From: an uncultured delta proteobacterium
Lineage (GTDB): Bacteria > Desulfobacterota > Binatia > UBA9968
Length of the DNA stretch: 64,000 bases
Reading direction: 5' to 3'
Assembly: GCA_963816145.1 (NCBI GenBank)
Contig: CAWFJP010000029.1
Span: 352,001 to 416,000, forward strand
Part shown: piece by piece, positions 42,577-55,023 of the stretch
How positions within the stretch are numbered: position 1 is the stretch's first letter
How the letters are laid out: the number at the start of each line of letters is the position of its first letter
Translations under genes and position numbers: made by a program
The notes under the pieces: generated by a model
The model's input: only the letters and a program-made list of their open reading frames with translations
The model's database searches: none
What the model was told of the DNA's origin: nothing

Positions 42577-42870
42577 TTATTTCTTGGTATCTTTCGTTTT
42601 GTCGGCTGCGTCTTTTTCCGCTTCTTTGGCGTTGTCGACAACATCTTTGCCGGCTTCCTTAACTTTATCGCCGGCTTCTTTCATGGCATCGCCCGCTTTT
42701 TCCATGGCCTCACCGGTTTTTTCTTTCGCTTGGTCGACAGCCTGACCGACTGCGGCGCCCGCCTTTTCAGCTGCGCCCTCGGTTTGTTCTTTGGCTTTCT
42801 CGCAAGCTGCCGTTGAAATCAAAAATGCTGCGGCAATTGCCGCCGAAAAAAAGTTTTTAACGTTGTTCAT
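42577..42870 (-). CDS. Small K/A/E-rich repeat lipoprotein
   Basis: STAA-C lipobox; repeats such as EAMEKAGDAMKEAGDKVKEAG. Confidence 0.75.
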   Translation of the reverse strand: MNNVKNFFSAAIAAAFLISTAACEKAKEQTEGAAEKAGAAVGQAVDQAKEKTGEAMEKAGDAMKEAGDKVKEAGKDVVDNAKEAEKDAADKTKDTKK

Positions 42871-43038
42871 AGGTCTACGGTCCTCTCTTATGGGAATTCT
42901 TATATTCTGCTAATGGTTACCATGGCGTTCCAGATCTGTTCAAGAGAGTTTTGATATGTTTGCGGCGTCTAAGGCGTTTAACGTAAAGGGATAGGCCCAC
43001 GTTTCTAGTAGCGGGTTCAAAATTGTGCGAGTTTTTTC

Positions 43039-43472
43039 GTGATTAGACGGATGGTGTTTGCGATTGCGCTTTTGGGGTTGGTTGGCTGTGCTAGACAGCG
43101 GCCAGTCTTCTATCCCAACGTTTAATTCAAACGTGCTGGCAGTGGGGTAGAGGAGCGCGATACCGACGATTACATGCGCCGGGGCGAAGCGTATGTTGCC
43201 TCCAATGGTCGGGTGGATGGTGCCGTAATGAAGGCGGCAACGGAGGCCGCGACCAGTGCGACAATCGGCGGTGCCGCCGGCGCAGTTGGTGGAGTGATCG
43301 TCGGTCGCGCCGGCACCTGGGCTCAGCAGGCGCCGCTGGCGGTGGTGCGGCAGGAGCGACCCGGAGTTTGGTCAACGTCCTTTCGGGCAAGCAAAGCCTG
43401 TCGCCGGTTTATAAGAACTTCGTCAATCGATGTCTCCGCGATAAAGGTTACGATCCCATTGGCTGGCAGTAA
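43039..43472 (+). pseudogene. Glycine-zipper lipoprotein pseudogene
   Basis: LVG-C lipobox, RPVFYPN, in-frame TAA at 43123, GGAAGAVGG zipper, frameshift near 43325, tail FVNRCLRDKGYDPIGWQ-stop. Confidence 0.75.
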
Positions 43473-43589
43473 ACGGCGCATTCGACAACTCTAGGCGGCC
43501 CACTTGGGTATCTTCCTCCGAAACTAATTCCTGTTTTGTTCCAGATACTTGTCGTTGACTTAGCATGGGTCAATGGGCATAGTGAATAG

Positions 43590-44633
<1,044 letters not shown>

Positions 44634-44674
44634 GTCGCCGCTCATTGAGTGGCGCTGCGCTTAGGCCGTGCACG

Positions 44675-45304
44675 ATGCGTATTACGAAAGAAGGTTGGCC
44701 GTTGATCCTCACAGCTGCGGCGCTGGCGTTGCTGGCGTTGCTTTTTGGCTGGAAGGCGATCGGCTTGGTTCTGGCCGTGCTAGCGCTAGGCGTTGCGGCA
44801 TTTTTTCGTGATCCGGAGCGAGTCATTCCTCGCGGTGACGGTTTGGTGGTTTCCCCTGCCGATGGCCGGGTGGTCACCGTCGCGCCGGTTCAGGGGAGTG
44901 GCTTGTTTCCCGACGCGGTGACGCGTATCAGCATCTTTTTGTCGCCCCTCGACGTGCATATCAACCGCGCGCCGGTGGCCGGCCGGATCAACGATGTGCG
45001 CTACCAAGCCGGCAAGTTTCTCCCGGCCTATAACGAAGACGCTGCGCGCTACAATGAGCAGAATGCTCTCCACATAGTCGACGAGCGCGAGCGCAATTGG
45101 GGTGTGGTGCAAATCGCCGGCATCTTGGCTCGGCGCATCGTCTGCCGTTCGAAAGCTGGCGACCTGTTGGCCCGTGGCGAGCGGTTCGGTTTGATTATGT
45201 TCGGCTCGCGTACCGATATTTATCTACCTCAGGGATGCCGGATCGAAGCGACCGAAGGTCAAAGGGTCAGAGGTGGAGAGACCATAATCGGGAGGTTCCA
45301 ATGA
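44675..45304 (+). CDS. psd: Phosphatidylserine decarboxylase proenzyme
   Basis: FFRDPER, SPADG, DVHINRAP, FGS cleavage motif. Confidence 0.93.
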   Translation: MRITKEGWPLILTAAALALLALLFGWKAIGLVLAVLALGVAAFFRDPERVIPRGDGLVVSPADGRVVTVAPVQGSGLFPDAVTRISIFLSPLDVHINRAPVAGRINDVRYQAGKFLPAYNEDAARYNEQNALHIVDERERNWGVVQIAGILARRIVCRSKAGDLLARGERFGLIMFGSRTDIYLPQGCRIEATEGQRVRGGETIIGRFQ

Positions 45305-46164
45305 GCGCGATGAATGCTCCAGAGCCCGAGGAGCGGCCGCAAGACAAAGCCAACGTGCGCTTGCTGCGCCGCCGGCGCGAGCGGCCGCGCATGACTTTGC
45401 GCCAGAGAATGCCCGCGGAGAAGTTGCGCAAGGGCGTGTATCTGATCCCGAGCCTTTTTACTGCTGGCAACTTGATGTGCGGATTCTTCTCGATTATCGC
45501 GACGTTTCGCGGCGAGTACGTCAACGCGGCTTTGCTGATTCTCCTGGCCAATGTGTTCGACGGCGTCGATGGTTACGTCGCCCGGCTGACCCGGACCACG
45601 AGCCAATTCGGCGTCGAGTTCGACTCCTTGGCCGACGTCGTCGCTTTCGGCGTGGCACCGGCAATATTGGTATACTTCTGGGCACTCGTGCCGTGGGATA
45701 ACTGGGGGTGGCTGGCGGCTGCCACTTACGTGGTGTGCGGCGCGGCGCGCTTGTCGCGCTTCAATGTCCAGGCGCAGGGGCCGGCCAAGAATCATTTCGT
45801 TGGGTTGCCGATCCCGGCCGCGGCGCAAATGATCACCTCTTCGGTTATTCTCTATAACTACCTGGGTTTCGAGGGTGCGCCGACACGCCACTTGACCTTT
45901 TTACTGGTAATTTACGGCTTGGCTATTCTGATGGTGAGCAATATTCCGTATTTTAGTCTCAAAAATAATGATATGAGGAAACGCCATCCCGAGTGGATGT
46001 TTCTTTCCGGTGTGATTTTGAGTACACTCATAATTGCCCAGCGGCATATTATGTTTTTTACCATTGTTCTACTGTACACGTTATCCGGCCCCTTGTTATG
46101 GTGCTTATCCAACCTCAAGCACCGACGGGAGTTGAGACGGGAGGCGGCAAAAGCTTTGTCGTAA
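45301..46164 (+). CDS. pssA: CDP-diacylglycerol--serine O-phosphatidyltransferase
   Basis: DGVDGYVAR...FGVEFDSLADVVAFGVAP, RLSRFN, GLPIP. Confidence 0.95.
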   Translation: MSAMNAPEPEERPQDKANVRLLRRRRERPRMTLRQRMPAEKLRKGVYLIPSLFTAGNLMCGFFSIIATFRGEYVNAALLILLANVFDGVDGYVARLTRTTSQFGVEFDSLADVVAFGVAPAILVYFWALVPWDNWGWLAAATYVVCGAARLSRFNVQAQGPAKNHFVGLPIPAAAQMITSSVILYNYLGFEGAPTRHLTFLLVIYGLAILMVSNIPYFSLKNNDMRKRHPEWMFLSGVILSTLIIAQRHIMFFTIVLLYTLSGPLLWCLSNLKHRRELRREAAKALS

Positions 46165-46190
46165 GTCCCTGGCTCAAATAAAGGCGAAAC

Positions 46191-46242
46191 AAACTCCCGT
46201 TGGCCCTGCCGCGGGAGTTTTCATTTCGGGGCGGGCCAACGG
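46191..46242 (+). promoter_or_regulatory. Structured leuA leader: terminator-like hairpin with alternative or pseudoknot pairing
   Basis: AAACTCCCG/CGGGAGTTT stem; CCGTTGGCCC (46197-46206) complementary to GGGCCAACGG (46233-46242). Confidence 0.5.
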
Positions 46243-46266
46243 ATTACGATCAAGGGAGACTCTCAA

Positions 46267-47840
<1,574 letters not shown>

Positions 47841-47844
<4 letters not shown>

Positions 47845-48935
47845 ACTACAACATCGCGGTTTTACCCGGAGATGGCATCGGCCCCGAGGTGATGGGCGAG
47901 GGCACCGAGGTGCTCAAACAGGTCGCACAGCTTTACGGCTTTACGGTCAATCTCGAACCCGGCATTGTCGGCGGCGCGTCCATCGACGCCCATGGCAAGC
48001 CGCTCACCGATGCGGTTTTGAATCGCGCCAAGCAGAGCGACGCGGTCTTGCTCGGCGCCATGGGCGGCCCCAAGTGGGACGGACTCGATTATTCGATTCG
48101 ACCCGAGCGGGCACTTCTGGCGCTGCGTCAGGAACTGGGGTTGTTCGCCAATCTTCGCCCGGTTAAATTATTTTCCGCCTTGGCTTCGGCATCGACGCTA
48201 AAGCGGGAAGTGGTCGAAGGCACCGATATGCTGGTGGTGCGCGAACTCACCGGCGGGATTTATTTTGGCCAGCCCAAGGGCGTGACGATGCTCCCCGACG
48301 GCACGGAGCGCGGCGTCAACACGGAGGTCTATACGACGCCGGAGATCGAGCGTATCGCCCATGTGGCGTTTCACGCGGCACTCAAGCGGCGCAAGAAAGT
48401 GACTTCCGTCGACAAGGCCAACGTCCTCGAAGTCACCGAGCTGTGGCGCAAAGTGGTGACGCGGGTTCACAAGCAAGAGGAGGGCTATGCCGGCATCGAG
48501 TTGGAGCATATCCTGGTCGACAACTGCGCCATGCAATTGATCCGCAATCCCCGGCAATTCGATGTCGTGGTGACGACCAATATGTTCGGCGATATTTTGA
48601 GCGACGAAGCGGCGATGCTGACCGGCTCCATCGGTATGCTGCCTTCCGCGAGTCTCGGCGGCAGGGTCGGCATGTATGAGCCGGTGCATGGCAGCGCCCC
48701 GGATATCACGGGTCAGGACAAAGCCAATCCATTGGCGACGATTCTCAGCGTAGCGATGATGTTGCGCCACTCCCTCGATCAGGTGGCGGCGGCGGACCGC
48801 ATCGAAAAGGCCGTCGAAGTTGTCCTCGACGAAGGATATCGCACCGCGGATATTCAAGAGCCCGGCTGCAAGCTGTTGGGCTGCAAGCAGATGGGCCAAT
48901 TGGTCCGCGATAAGATCACGGCAGCGAAAGGTTAA
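47841..48935 (+). CDS. leuB: 3-isopropylmalate dehydrogenase
   Basis: [37 protein letters not shown]. Confidence 0.97.
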
Positions 48936-48941
48936 CGGTTT

Positions 48942-49964
48942 GTGAAGAAGGAAAAATACAACGTTGCCATTGTCGGCGCCACCGGCGCTGTCGGTGAGCA
49001 GATGCGCGAAGTGCTCGATGAGCGCCAATTCCCGGTAGGCGAATTGCGCTTGCTGGCCTCGGAACGATCCGTTGGCCAATTTCTGCCGTTTCAAAATCGG
49101 CAACTGCCGGTCGAGGTGCTCAAAGCGAATTCGTTCACGGGCATCGACCTCGGCCTGTTCTCGGCCGGCGGCAGCGTCAGCACGGAGTTCGCGCCATTGG
49201 CGGTGGCGGCGGGAGCAGTGGTGGTCGATAACACTTCGGTGTTTCGTATGGAGCCGGATATTCCCCTTGTGGTTCCGGAGGTGAATGCTAAGGAGATCGT
49301 CAACTACAAGACTCGCGGGATCATCGCCAATCCGAATTGCTCGACGATTCAACTGGTCGTCGCCCTCAAGCCGCTTCACGACGCGGCGCGGATCAAGCGG
49401 GTGGTGGTATCCACCTATCAGTCGGTGTCCGGCGCCGGGCGCAAGGCGATGGAGGAGTTGAGCCAGCAGGTGGCCGCGCTCTTTAACGGCAAGGAGATCG
49501 AAAAAACCAAGTTCCCGCATCAGATCGCTTTTAACTGCATTCCTCACATCGACGCCTTTATGGACGGCGGCTACACCAAAGAGGAGTGGAAGATGATCGA
49601 GGAGACCCGCAAGATCCTCGGCGAGCCGAACTTGGCAATTACCGCGACCACGGTGCGGGTGCCGGTGTTTTGCAGCCACTCGGAATCGGTCAATGTCGAA
49701 ACCTACGTCAAGCTGTCGGCCAACGAGGCCAGGCGCATTCTGCGCGAGGCACCGGGCGTGATTGTCGCCGATGAACCGGAGAACAATGTTTATCCGATGG
49801 CCATCGACGCCGCCGGCAAAGACGCTACCTATGTGGGCCGCATTCGCGAAGATAAGTCGGTCGCCAACGGCCTTAATCTCTGGGTGGTGTCCGACAATCT
49901 GCGCAAAGGCGCGGCACTCAACGCCGTGCAGATCGCCGAAATTTTGATCCGCGATTATTTATAG
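48942..49964 (+). CDS. asd: Aspartate-semialdehyde dehydrogenase
   Basis: GATGAVG, NPNCSTIQ, YQSVSGAG, DNLRKGAA. Confidence 0.97.
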   Translation: MKKEKYNVAIVGATGAVGEQMREVLDERQFPVGELRLLASERSVGQFLPFQNRQLPVEVLKANSFTGIDLGLFSAGGSVSTEFAPLAVAAGAVVVDNTSVFRMEPDIPLVVPEVNAKEIVNYKTRGIIANPNCSTIQLVVALKPLHDAARIKRVVVSTYQSVSGAGRKAMEELSQQVAALFNGKEIEKTKFPHQIAFNCIPHIDAFMDGGYTKEEWKMIEETRKILGEPNLAITATTVRVPVFCSHSESVNVETYVKLSANEARRILREAPGVIVADEPENNVYPMAIDAAGKDATYVGRIREDKSVANGLNLWVVSDNLRKGAALNAVQIAEILIRDYL

Positions 49965-50011
49965 GTTTTCATTGATAGCTGGATGGCGACTTGACGGCTG
50001 CTTTCCGACCC

Positions 50012-50095
50012 GTCATTCCGGCGCACGCCGGAATCCAACTTCATGTTCGTTACGCCAAGTGAATCAGGATGGATGCCGGCTTCCGCCGGCATGAC
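50012..50095. repeat. REP-like inverted doublet (GTCATTCCGGC...GGAATCCA family)
   Basis: Two 26-nt palindromic units in inverted orientation; second copy at 53621-53704. Confidence 0.85.
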
Positions 50096-50158
50096 GAATC
50101 TTCGCACAACCTTAAGGCAAGCGGTTGCAGTCAGTCCCGAGCGGGAAATTATTCTGTC

Positions 50159-50899
50159 GTGAACGTCAAACTCACTGTTGAATACGACGGCACCAACTAC
50201 CATGGTTGGCAAGTTCAGACCAATTGCATATCCATCCAGGCGGTCTTAGAGCAAGCTGTCTCGACCTTCGTCGGCGCGCCCACCCATGTCACCGGATCGG
50301 GGCGCACCGATGCCGGCGTCCATGCCCTCGGCCAGGTGGCAAATTTTTTCACTGACAAGGATTACCATCCGTACAAAATACTCCGTGGCCTCAACGCCCT
50401 GACGCCGCGGGACATCACCGTCAAAGCTGTCGAGATCGTCGATGACTCCTTCGACGCCCGCCGCGATGGCCGGAGCCGTTTGTACGAATATCTAATCCTC
50501 AACCGTTCGACGCCTTCGCCCTTCTACCGCAATCGCGCTTGGCACATCCACGAGCCGTTGGATGCCGAAGCAATGGCCAAAGCCATTGAGTGCCTGATCG
50601 GCGAGCATGATTTCTCATCGTTCCGCGCCGCTAATTGCGACGCGCCGCATCCGGTTCGGACCATCTATCAGAGCCGTTTAGAACGGCGCGGCGAGCTGCT
50701 GGTTTGCACCATCGAAGGCACGGCGTTCTTGCGCCACATGGTGCGCAACATCGTCGGCACGCTCGCCGATGTCGGCCGTGGCCTTCGTACGCCGCAATCG
50801 TTCGCCGATTTGCTCGCAGAACGTGACCGCACCAAGGCCGGTTACACCGCGCCGCCGGATGGATTGTATCTGGTCCAGGTCAAGTACGACCCGGCCTAG
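50159..50899 (+). CDS. truA: tRNA pseudouridine(38-40) synthase
   Basis: EYDGT.YHGWQ, GRTDAGVHA, FLRHMVR; the ORF-track N-terminal extension derives from the repeat. Confidence 0.96.
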   Translation: MNVKLTVEYDGTNYHGWQVQTNCISIQAVLEQAVSTFVGAPTHVTGSGRTDAGVHALGQVANFFTDKDYHPYKILRGLNALTPRDITVKAVEIVDDSFDARRDGRSRLYEYLILNRSTPSPFYRNRAWHIHEPLDAEAMAKAIECLIGEHDFSSFRAANCDAPHPVRTIYQSRLERRGELLVCTIEGTAFLRHMVRNIVGTLADVGRGLRTPQSFADLLAERDRTKAGYTAPPDGLYLVQVKYDPA

Positions 50900-50968
50900 T
50901 CTCACGAACAGAAGTTCATTGAACAATTCACGGCAGCGATTCCCGTGATCCGCAAAATCTCCCCTGGC

Positions 50969-50989
50969 CCCTCTTTTCCAAAGAGGGGT
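50969..50989. repeat. CCCCTCTTT-TCC-AAAGAGGGG palindrome
   Basis: 9-bp stem in the intergenic region after truA. Confidence 0.6.
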
Positions 50990-51112
50990 AACCGAGAGCT
51001 TGGCAAATCTTGACCGGCGTCGCAGCGGGCGCTTTTGCATTGACACCCCGCGGCGATTTACTTATACCCAAGCGGTGTAATTTTGTTCGCTCATACAGGA
51101 GGTGGTCGGCCC

Positions 51113-52033
51113 ATGATGCCCCAGCATGACAATTTTTACGATGTTTATTCCAAAGCGAAAAAGCTCAAGATCAAATGGCCCAATGGCGCGCGCATGGCGA
51201 TTGCGCTGGCGGGAAATTTAGAAGCCTGGACGGAAATCCCCAACGCCAAGCACCGGCGCACGCATCATGTCGGCGGCAGCAATCCGATCAAAGAAGACGA
51301 CGTGGTGTCGCAGTATGATTGCCGCACCGCCAGTGAAAACGATTACGGCGGCCGCACCGGCGTGTGGCGCATTCTGCGCATACTCGACAAATACGGCGTC
51401 AAGGCGTCGTTCAACACCAACGCGCTGTGCATCCACCGCTATCCCGAAGCGGTCAAGGCCGTACACGAGCGCGGCCATGAGATCGTCGGCCATTCCTACG
51501 CCGAAGATATTCAACTCACCCAGCTCACCGCCGAGCAGGAACGCGACGAGATTCGCACCTGCGCCAAGATGTTCGAGGATTTCACCGGCGTGCGGCCGAC
51601 GGGTTGGTTGACATCCGGCATGCGCCACACCGAGCGCACGCTAGGCATCCTCGCCGACGAGGGCTTCGCCTGGCATGGCGACGCGGTCAACGACGACAAC
51701 CCTTATCCGGCGGTGGTCAACGGCAAGACCATGATCATCGTGCCGTATAAAAACGCCGTCAGCGGACTCAACGACACCGGCATGTACCGCCGCGGCATTA
51801 CCGCGCGCGATGTCTTCAATTCCTTCAAGGATGAATTCGATCTGCTTTACGAAGAGTCGGCGACCGAACCGAAGATGTTGACGCTGGCGATGCACTGCCA
51901 GATGGCCTTTCCCGCCACCGGCAAAGTCTATGACGAGTGCATCAAGTACGCCAAGTCGTTTCCCGATTTGTGGTTCGCCAAGCGTTGCGAGATCGTCGAG
52001 TGGGTGAAACAAGAATTGCCTGTAAAACCGTAA
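51113..52033 (+). CDS. Polysaccharide deacetylase family protein (PuuE-like)
   Basis: WPNGARMA, DYGGRTGVWRIL, GHEIVGH, RPTGW, LAMH. Confidence 0.85.
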   Translation: MMPQHDNFYDVYSKAKKLKIKWPNGARMAIALAGNLEAWTEIPNAKHRRTHHVGGSNPIKEDDVVSQYDCRTASENDYGGRTGVWRILRILDKYGVKASFNTNALCIHRYPEAVKAVHERGHEIVGHSYAEDIQLTQLTAEQERDEIRTCAKMFEDFTGVRPTGWLTSGMRHTERTLGILADEGFAWHGDAVNDDNPYPAVVNGKTMIIVPYKNAVSGLNDTGMYRRGITARDVFNSFKDEFDLLYEESATEPKMLTLAMHCQMAFPATGKVYDECIKYAKSFPDLWFAKRCEIVEWVKQELPVKP

Positions 52034-52088
52034 GGAGTGAGGGGTAAGGGGTGAGGGGACGCCTAACTTTTCACGCCTTACCCCTTAC
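52030..52088. repeat. Inverted heptamer tandem repeats (GTRAGGG / CCCTTAC)
   Basis: GTAAGGA GTGAGGG GTAAGGG GTGAGGG ... GCCTTAC CCCTTAC. Confidence 0.7.
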
Positions 52089-52102
52089 TAATCGGAGGAT
52101 TC

Positions 52103-53485
52103 ATGTGCGATACAGCCGATGACGGCGTGGGGATCAGCGATTCGATACCGCGTGAATTGCAATTGCGCAATCGCGGATTGCGCACGGCGGATATTTCGCC
52201 GTTGATGCCGTTTGCCCGGACGCTGGCCAATTCGCGGGAAAACCGCGACAGCCATATCGGTTTTGTCGGCTACGACAAGACCAAGGCGGGCAATAAGATT
52301 CTGATCGCCATCGACCGCGAGTACGATCTCGACGTGCCCCACGCGGTGGCGGCGGCGCTGCGCGAGAAGGGCGCCCATGTCGATATCTTGGTCGCTGACA
52401 TGGGCAATCCCGACCGTGTGTTCGATTACACCGACGAAGTCGAAGTGATCATGCGGCGCGAACCCTGGGACAAAAATCCCCGGCGCTGGGAGGGGATGCC
52501 TTACATCGAAGACTTCGCCCTGCGCGGCGGCTACGATCTGTTGATCCACGGCAAGGGCGGACCGATTCCGAAAACCGAGTTCCGCTACGAACAGATTCCC
52601 TGGCTGCGCGCCGAGCATTTCTTGCAGCGCTCGACGACCTATCCGCTCGATCTGCATCTGCTGATCAACAAGAAAACCTGGGACCCGATCTGGGAGTATG
52701 GACGCGGCGGGCGTGCCCGGCTGACCGACGCCGAAGGCACGGATCTCTCCTGGACCTATTGGGATGAATATTACGACGGCACGCGCTACGGCTTCTCGTC
52801 GACACCGCGCAACGGCCATCTATTCGGCCATCCGGTGCCGCCGATCATCGCCAAGGAAGACGCCGCCGGCGTGGTGGCGGGGACGACCAGCCATTTCTCG
52901 AAGGCGTTTCCGCAAGTTAAAGTCGAGTTGGAGGGCGGCCAGATCGTCAAAGTGCACGGCGGCGCAGCCTACGGCGACGCTTGGCGCACGTTATTGGACG
53001 AAAGCCGCAATACCAAGTATCCCTGCTTCCCGCGTCCAGGACTGTTTTACCTCTGGGAAGTGGCCATCGGGACGAATCCTAAGATCATGCGGCCGAGCGG
53101 CATCGAGAAACATTCTTCCGGCGGTTTCGAGTGGGAGCGGCGCCGTTCCGGCGTGATCCACATGGGCTTCGGCACACTGTGGCGTTCCGATGAAGAAAAA
53201 TGGGCCGGCGAGAACGGCATTCTCTACGGCCATCTGCATATTCACTTGCTGTTCCCGACCTTCAACATCACGACCACGAGCGGCAAGGAATACACCATCA
53301 TCCGCAACGGCAGGCTTACGGCGCTCGATGATCCGGAAGTGCGCAAGCTCGCCGAGAAATACGGCGACCCAGACGATCTCTTGCGCGAAGACTGGGTGCC
53401 GCAGATCCCCGGCATCACTGCGGCCGGTTCGTACGAAGACTATGCGCGCGAGCCGGGGAAGTGGATCTATTCGAAAAGTGCGTGA
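52103..53485 (+). CDS. Hypothetical protein, possibly M29 aminopeptidase/NicX-like metalloenzyme fold
   Basis: GGAGG RBS; EGTDL, EVAIGTNP, GVIHMGFG, H.H.HL motifs. Confidence 0.6.
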   Translation: MCDTADDGVGISDSIPRELQLRNRGLRTADISPLMPFARTLANSRENRDSHIGFVGYDKTKAGNKILIAIDREYDLDVPHAVAAALREKGAHVDILVADMGNPDRVFDYTDEVEVIMRREPWDKNPRRWEGMPYIEDFALRGGYDLLIHGKGGPIPKTEFRYEQIPWLRAEHFLQRSTTYPLDLHLLINKKTWDPIWEYGRGGRARLTDAEGTDLSWTYWDEYYDGTRYGFSSTPRNGHLFGHPVPPIIAKEDAAGVVAGTTSHFSKAFPQVKVELEGGQIVKVHGGAAYGDAWRTLLDESRNTKYPCFPRPGLFYLWEVAIGTNPKIMRPSGIEKHSSGGFEWERRRSGVIHMGFGTLWRSDEEKWAGENGILYGHLHIHLLFPTFNITTTSGKEYTIIRNGRLTALDDPEVRKLAEKYGDPDDLLREDWVPQIPGITAAGSYEDYAREPGKWIYSKSA

Positions 53486-53620
53486 TCCTGTTGGTGGCTC
53501 GTGCTCGCACTCGTTTCGGACAGAGTGGCAATCATTAGCACAAACGGACCGTGCGACGGCGAGCTAATGTCCCTTTCTGGGATGGTTGAAATCCCTTGCC
53601 TTCAGGCGAAGAGAGGATTT

Positions 53621-53704
53621 GTCATGCCGGCGAAGGCCGGCATCCATCTTCGGTTTCGTTGGCAGGCCAAAGAAGACCTGGATTCCGGCCTACGCCGGAA
53701 TGAC
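53621..53704. repeat. REP-like inverted doublet (same family as 50012-50095, opposite orientation)
   Basis: GTCATGCCGGCGAAGGCCGGCATCCA ... TGGATTCCGGCCTACGCCGGAATGAC. Confidence 0.85.
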
Positions 53705-53817
53705 GAAAGGAAGAGTCGACTTCTAATCGACGAATTCAGAACCCGTCGCCTTGGAGCGGAGGGTCATTCAGCTGACTTCGAGCACTGACTTTTTGCAAGG
53801 TTGCGCTAATTACCGTC

Positions 53818-54162
53818 GTGAAGCTGCCTTACGGTGCCAAAGCCATCGCCGATATTCGAAAAGTGCGGGATTATTGCCTGAATCCGGACAACCCGCGGGG
53901 GCGACATAAAGCAAGAGTGTTCAAGACCGCGATCGGGTATACCTCCAATGACGCGGCTAAACTTCGACGCAGGTTGCTCCAGGCTGCTGAGGCCGGCGAC
54001 GCTCAACAACGAGAACTTGATCTCTACGGGCAGCGCTATACCATAGACTTTGAGATTCAAACGGAAATTGGCCAGGCTACGATACGAAGCGGCTGGATCA
54101 TTTTGCGGGGCAGCCGTTTTCCTCGGTTAACAACTTGTTATGTGACGAAGCGGGGGCGCTGA
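53818..54162 (+). CDS. DUF6883-like putative toxin
   Basis: MKLP..A..DIRK.RDYCLNP..PRGRHKARVF...YGQRY...W....PRLTTCYV; coupled to the next gene. Confidence 0.7.
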   Translation: MKLPYGAKAIADIRKVRDYCLNPDNPRGRHKARVFKTAIGYTSNDAAKLRRRLLQAAEAGDAQQRELDLYGQRYTIDFEIQTEIGQATIRSGWIILRGSRFPRLTTCYVTKRGR

Positions 54163-54392
54163 TGCAGAAGCGGAAAATCAAGTTGCTCGACACAGTTGCA
54201 TTGGTGAAGGACATTCCATCGAGGAAACTGAAGCGCGGCGAGGTAGGCACTATTGTGGAGATTTTAGCGCCGGAGGTTTTTGAGGTCGAATTCTGTGATG
54301 AGGACGGGCAAACCTATGCGGAGTTGGCGCTGCGCGCTGACCAGATCATCCCGCTCCACAATCGCGGCGATGCCCTGAGAATCGTCGCGTAA
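54162..54392 (+). CDS. DUF4926 family protein (putative antitoxin)
   Basis: LLDTVAL.KD...LKRGEVGTIVE...FEVEF.DEDGQTYA. Confidence 0.82.
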   Translation: MQKRKIKLLDTVALVKDIPSRKLKRGEVGTIVEILAPEVFEVEFCDEDGQTYAELALRADQIIPLHNRGDALRIVA

Positions 54393-54644
54393 ATCGCGCG
54401 ACCGGGCGGGATTTGCCCAGCCAGTCAACAATGTTCAGGGTGTTCGCCTCACATCCATTGTGCTGCTCCATGCCATGACGGCAAATCGCCATAACGAGCG
54501 GGCTCGGCAAAGAAATTACGAATCCCTAACGATTTAAGTTTTTGTCTGATTTGTGACGATGCGGGGTCGCCGCCGCATTGAGATTACAAACTTTGAACTC
54601 GTAAAAAAGACGGACTGGACGACGATATTGAGCTTCGATGTTGT

Positions 54645-54660
54645 ACATCAATATTGATGT
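54645..54660. promoter_or_regulatory. Palindromic operator upstream of RelE-XRE pair
   Basis: Perfect 16-bp palindrome ACATCAATATTGATGT, 9 nt before the toxin ATG. Confidence 0.65.
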
Positions 54661-54669
54661 TGTAGCGTT

Positions 54670-55023
54670 ATGGAATTTGCGGTAGAGTTTTACCAGACGG
54701 CATCGGGAAGGCTCCCGGTGCAAGAGTTCTTGGATGATCTCAAGAGCAGCGATCCTAACGATTTTGCAGCGGTGGTCGCGGGGCTCGCGAAGTTGCGTGA
54801 CAGCCGATATCACCGCGAGCCGTTGTCCAAGGCGATTGGCGGTGGACTGTTCGAACTCCGCCATGTGGGCAAGCTGAACACTCGGGTGCTATGGTATTTC
54901 ATGAAAAATCGGCGGATTATTTTGCTCCACGGAATTCGCAACAAGGCGCGAGCAATAGCGGCCCGCGATCTGGCGACTGCCAAGGAGCGCATGAACGACT
55001 GGCAAAATAGAGCCGCACGATGA
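54670..55023 (+). CDS. RelE/ParE (Gp49/HigB-like) toxin
   Basis: VEFYQTASGR.PV.EFLD, GGGLFELR, RVL.YF...RIILLHG..K. Confidence 0.85.
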   Translation: MEFAVEFYQTASGRLPVQEFLDDLKSSDPNDFAAVVAGLAKLRDSRYHREPLSKAIGGGLFELRHVGKLNTRVLWYFMKNRRIILLHGIRNKARAIAARDLATAKERMNDWQNRAAR

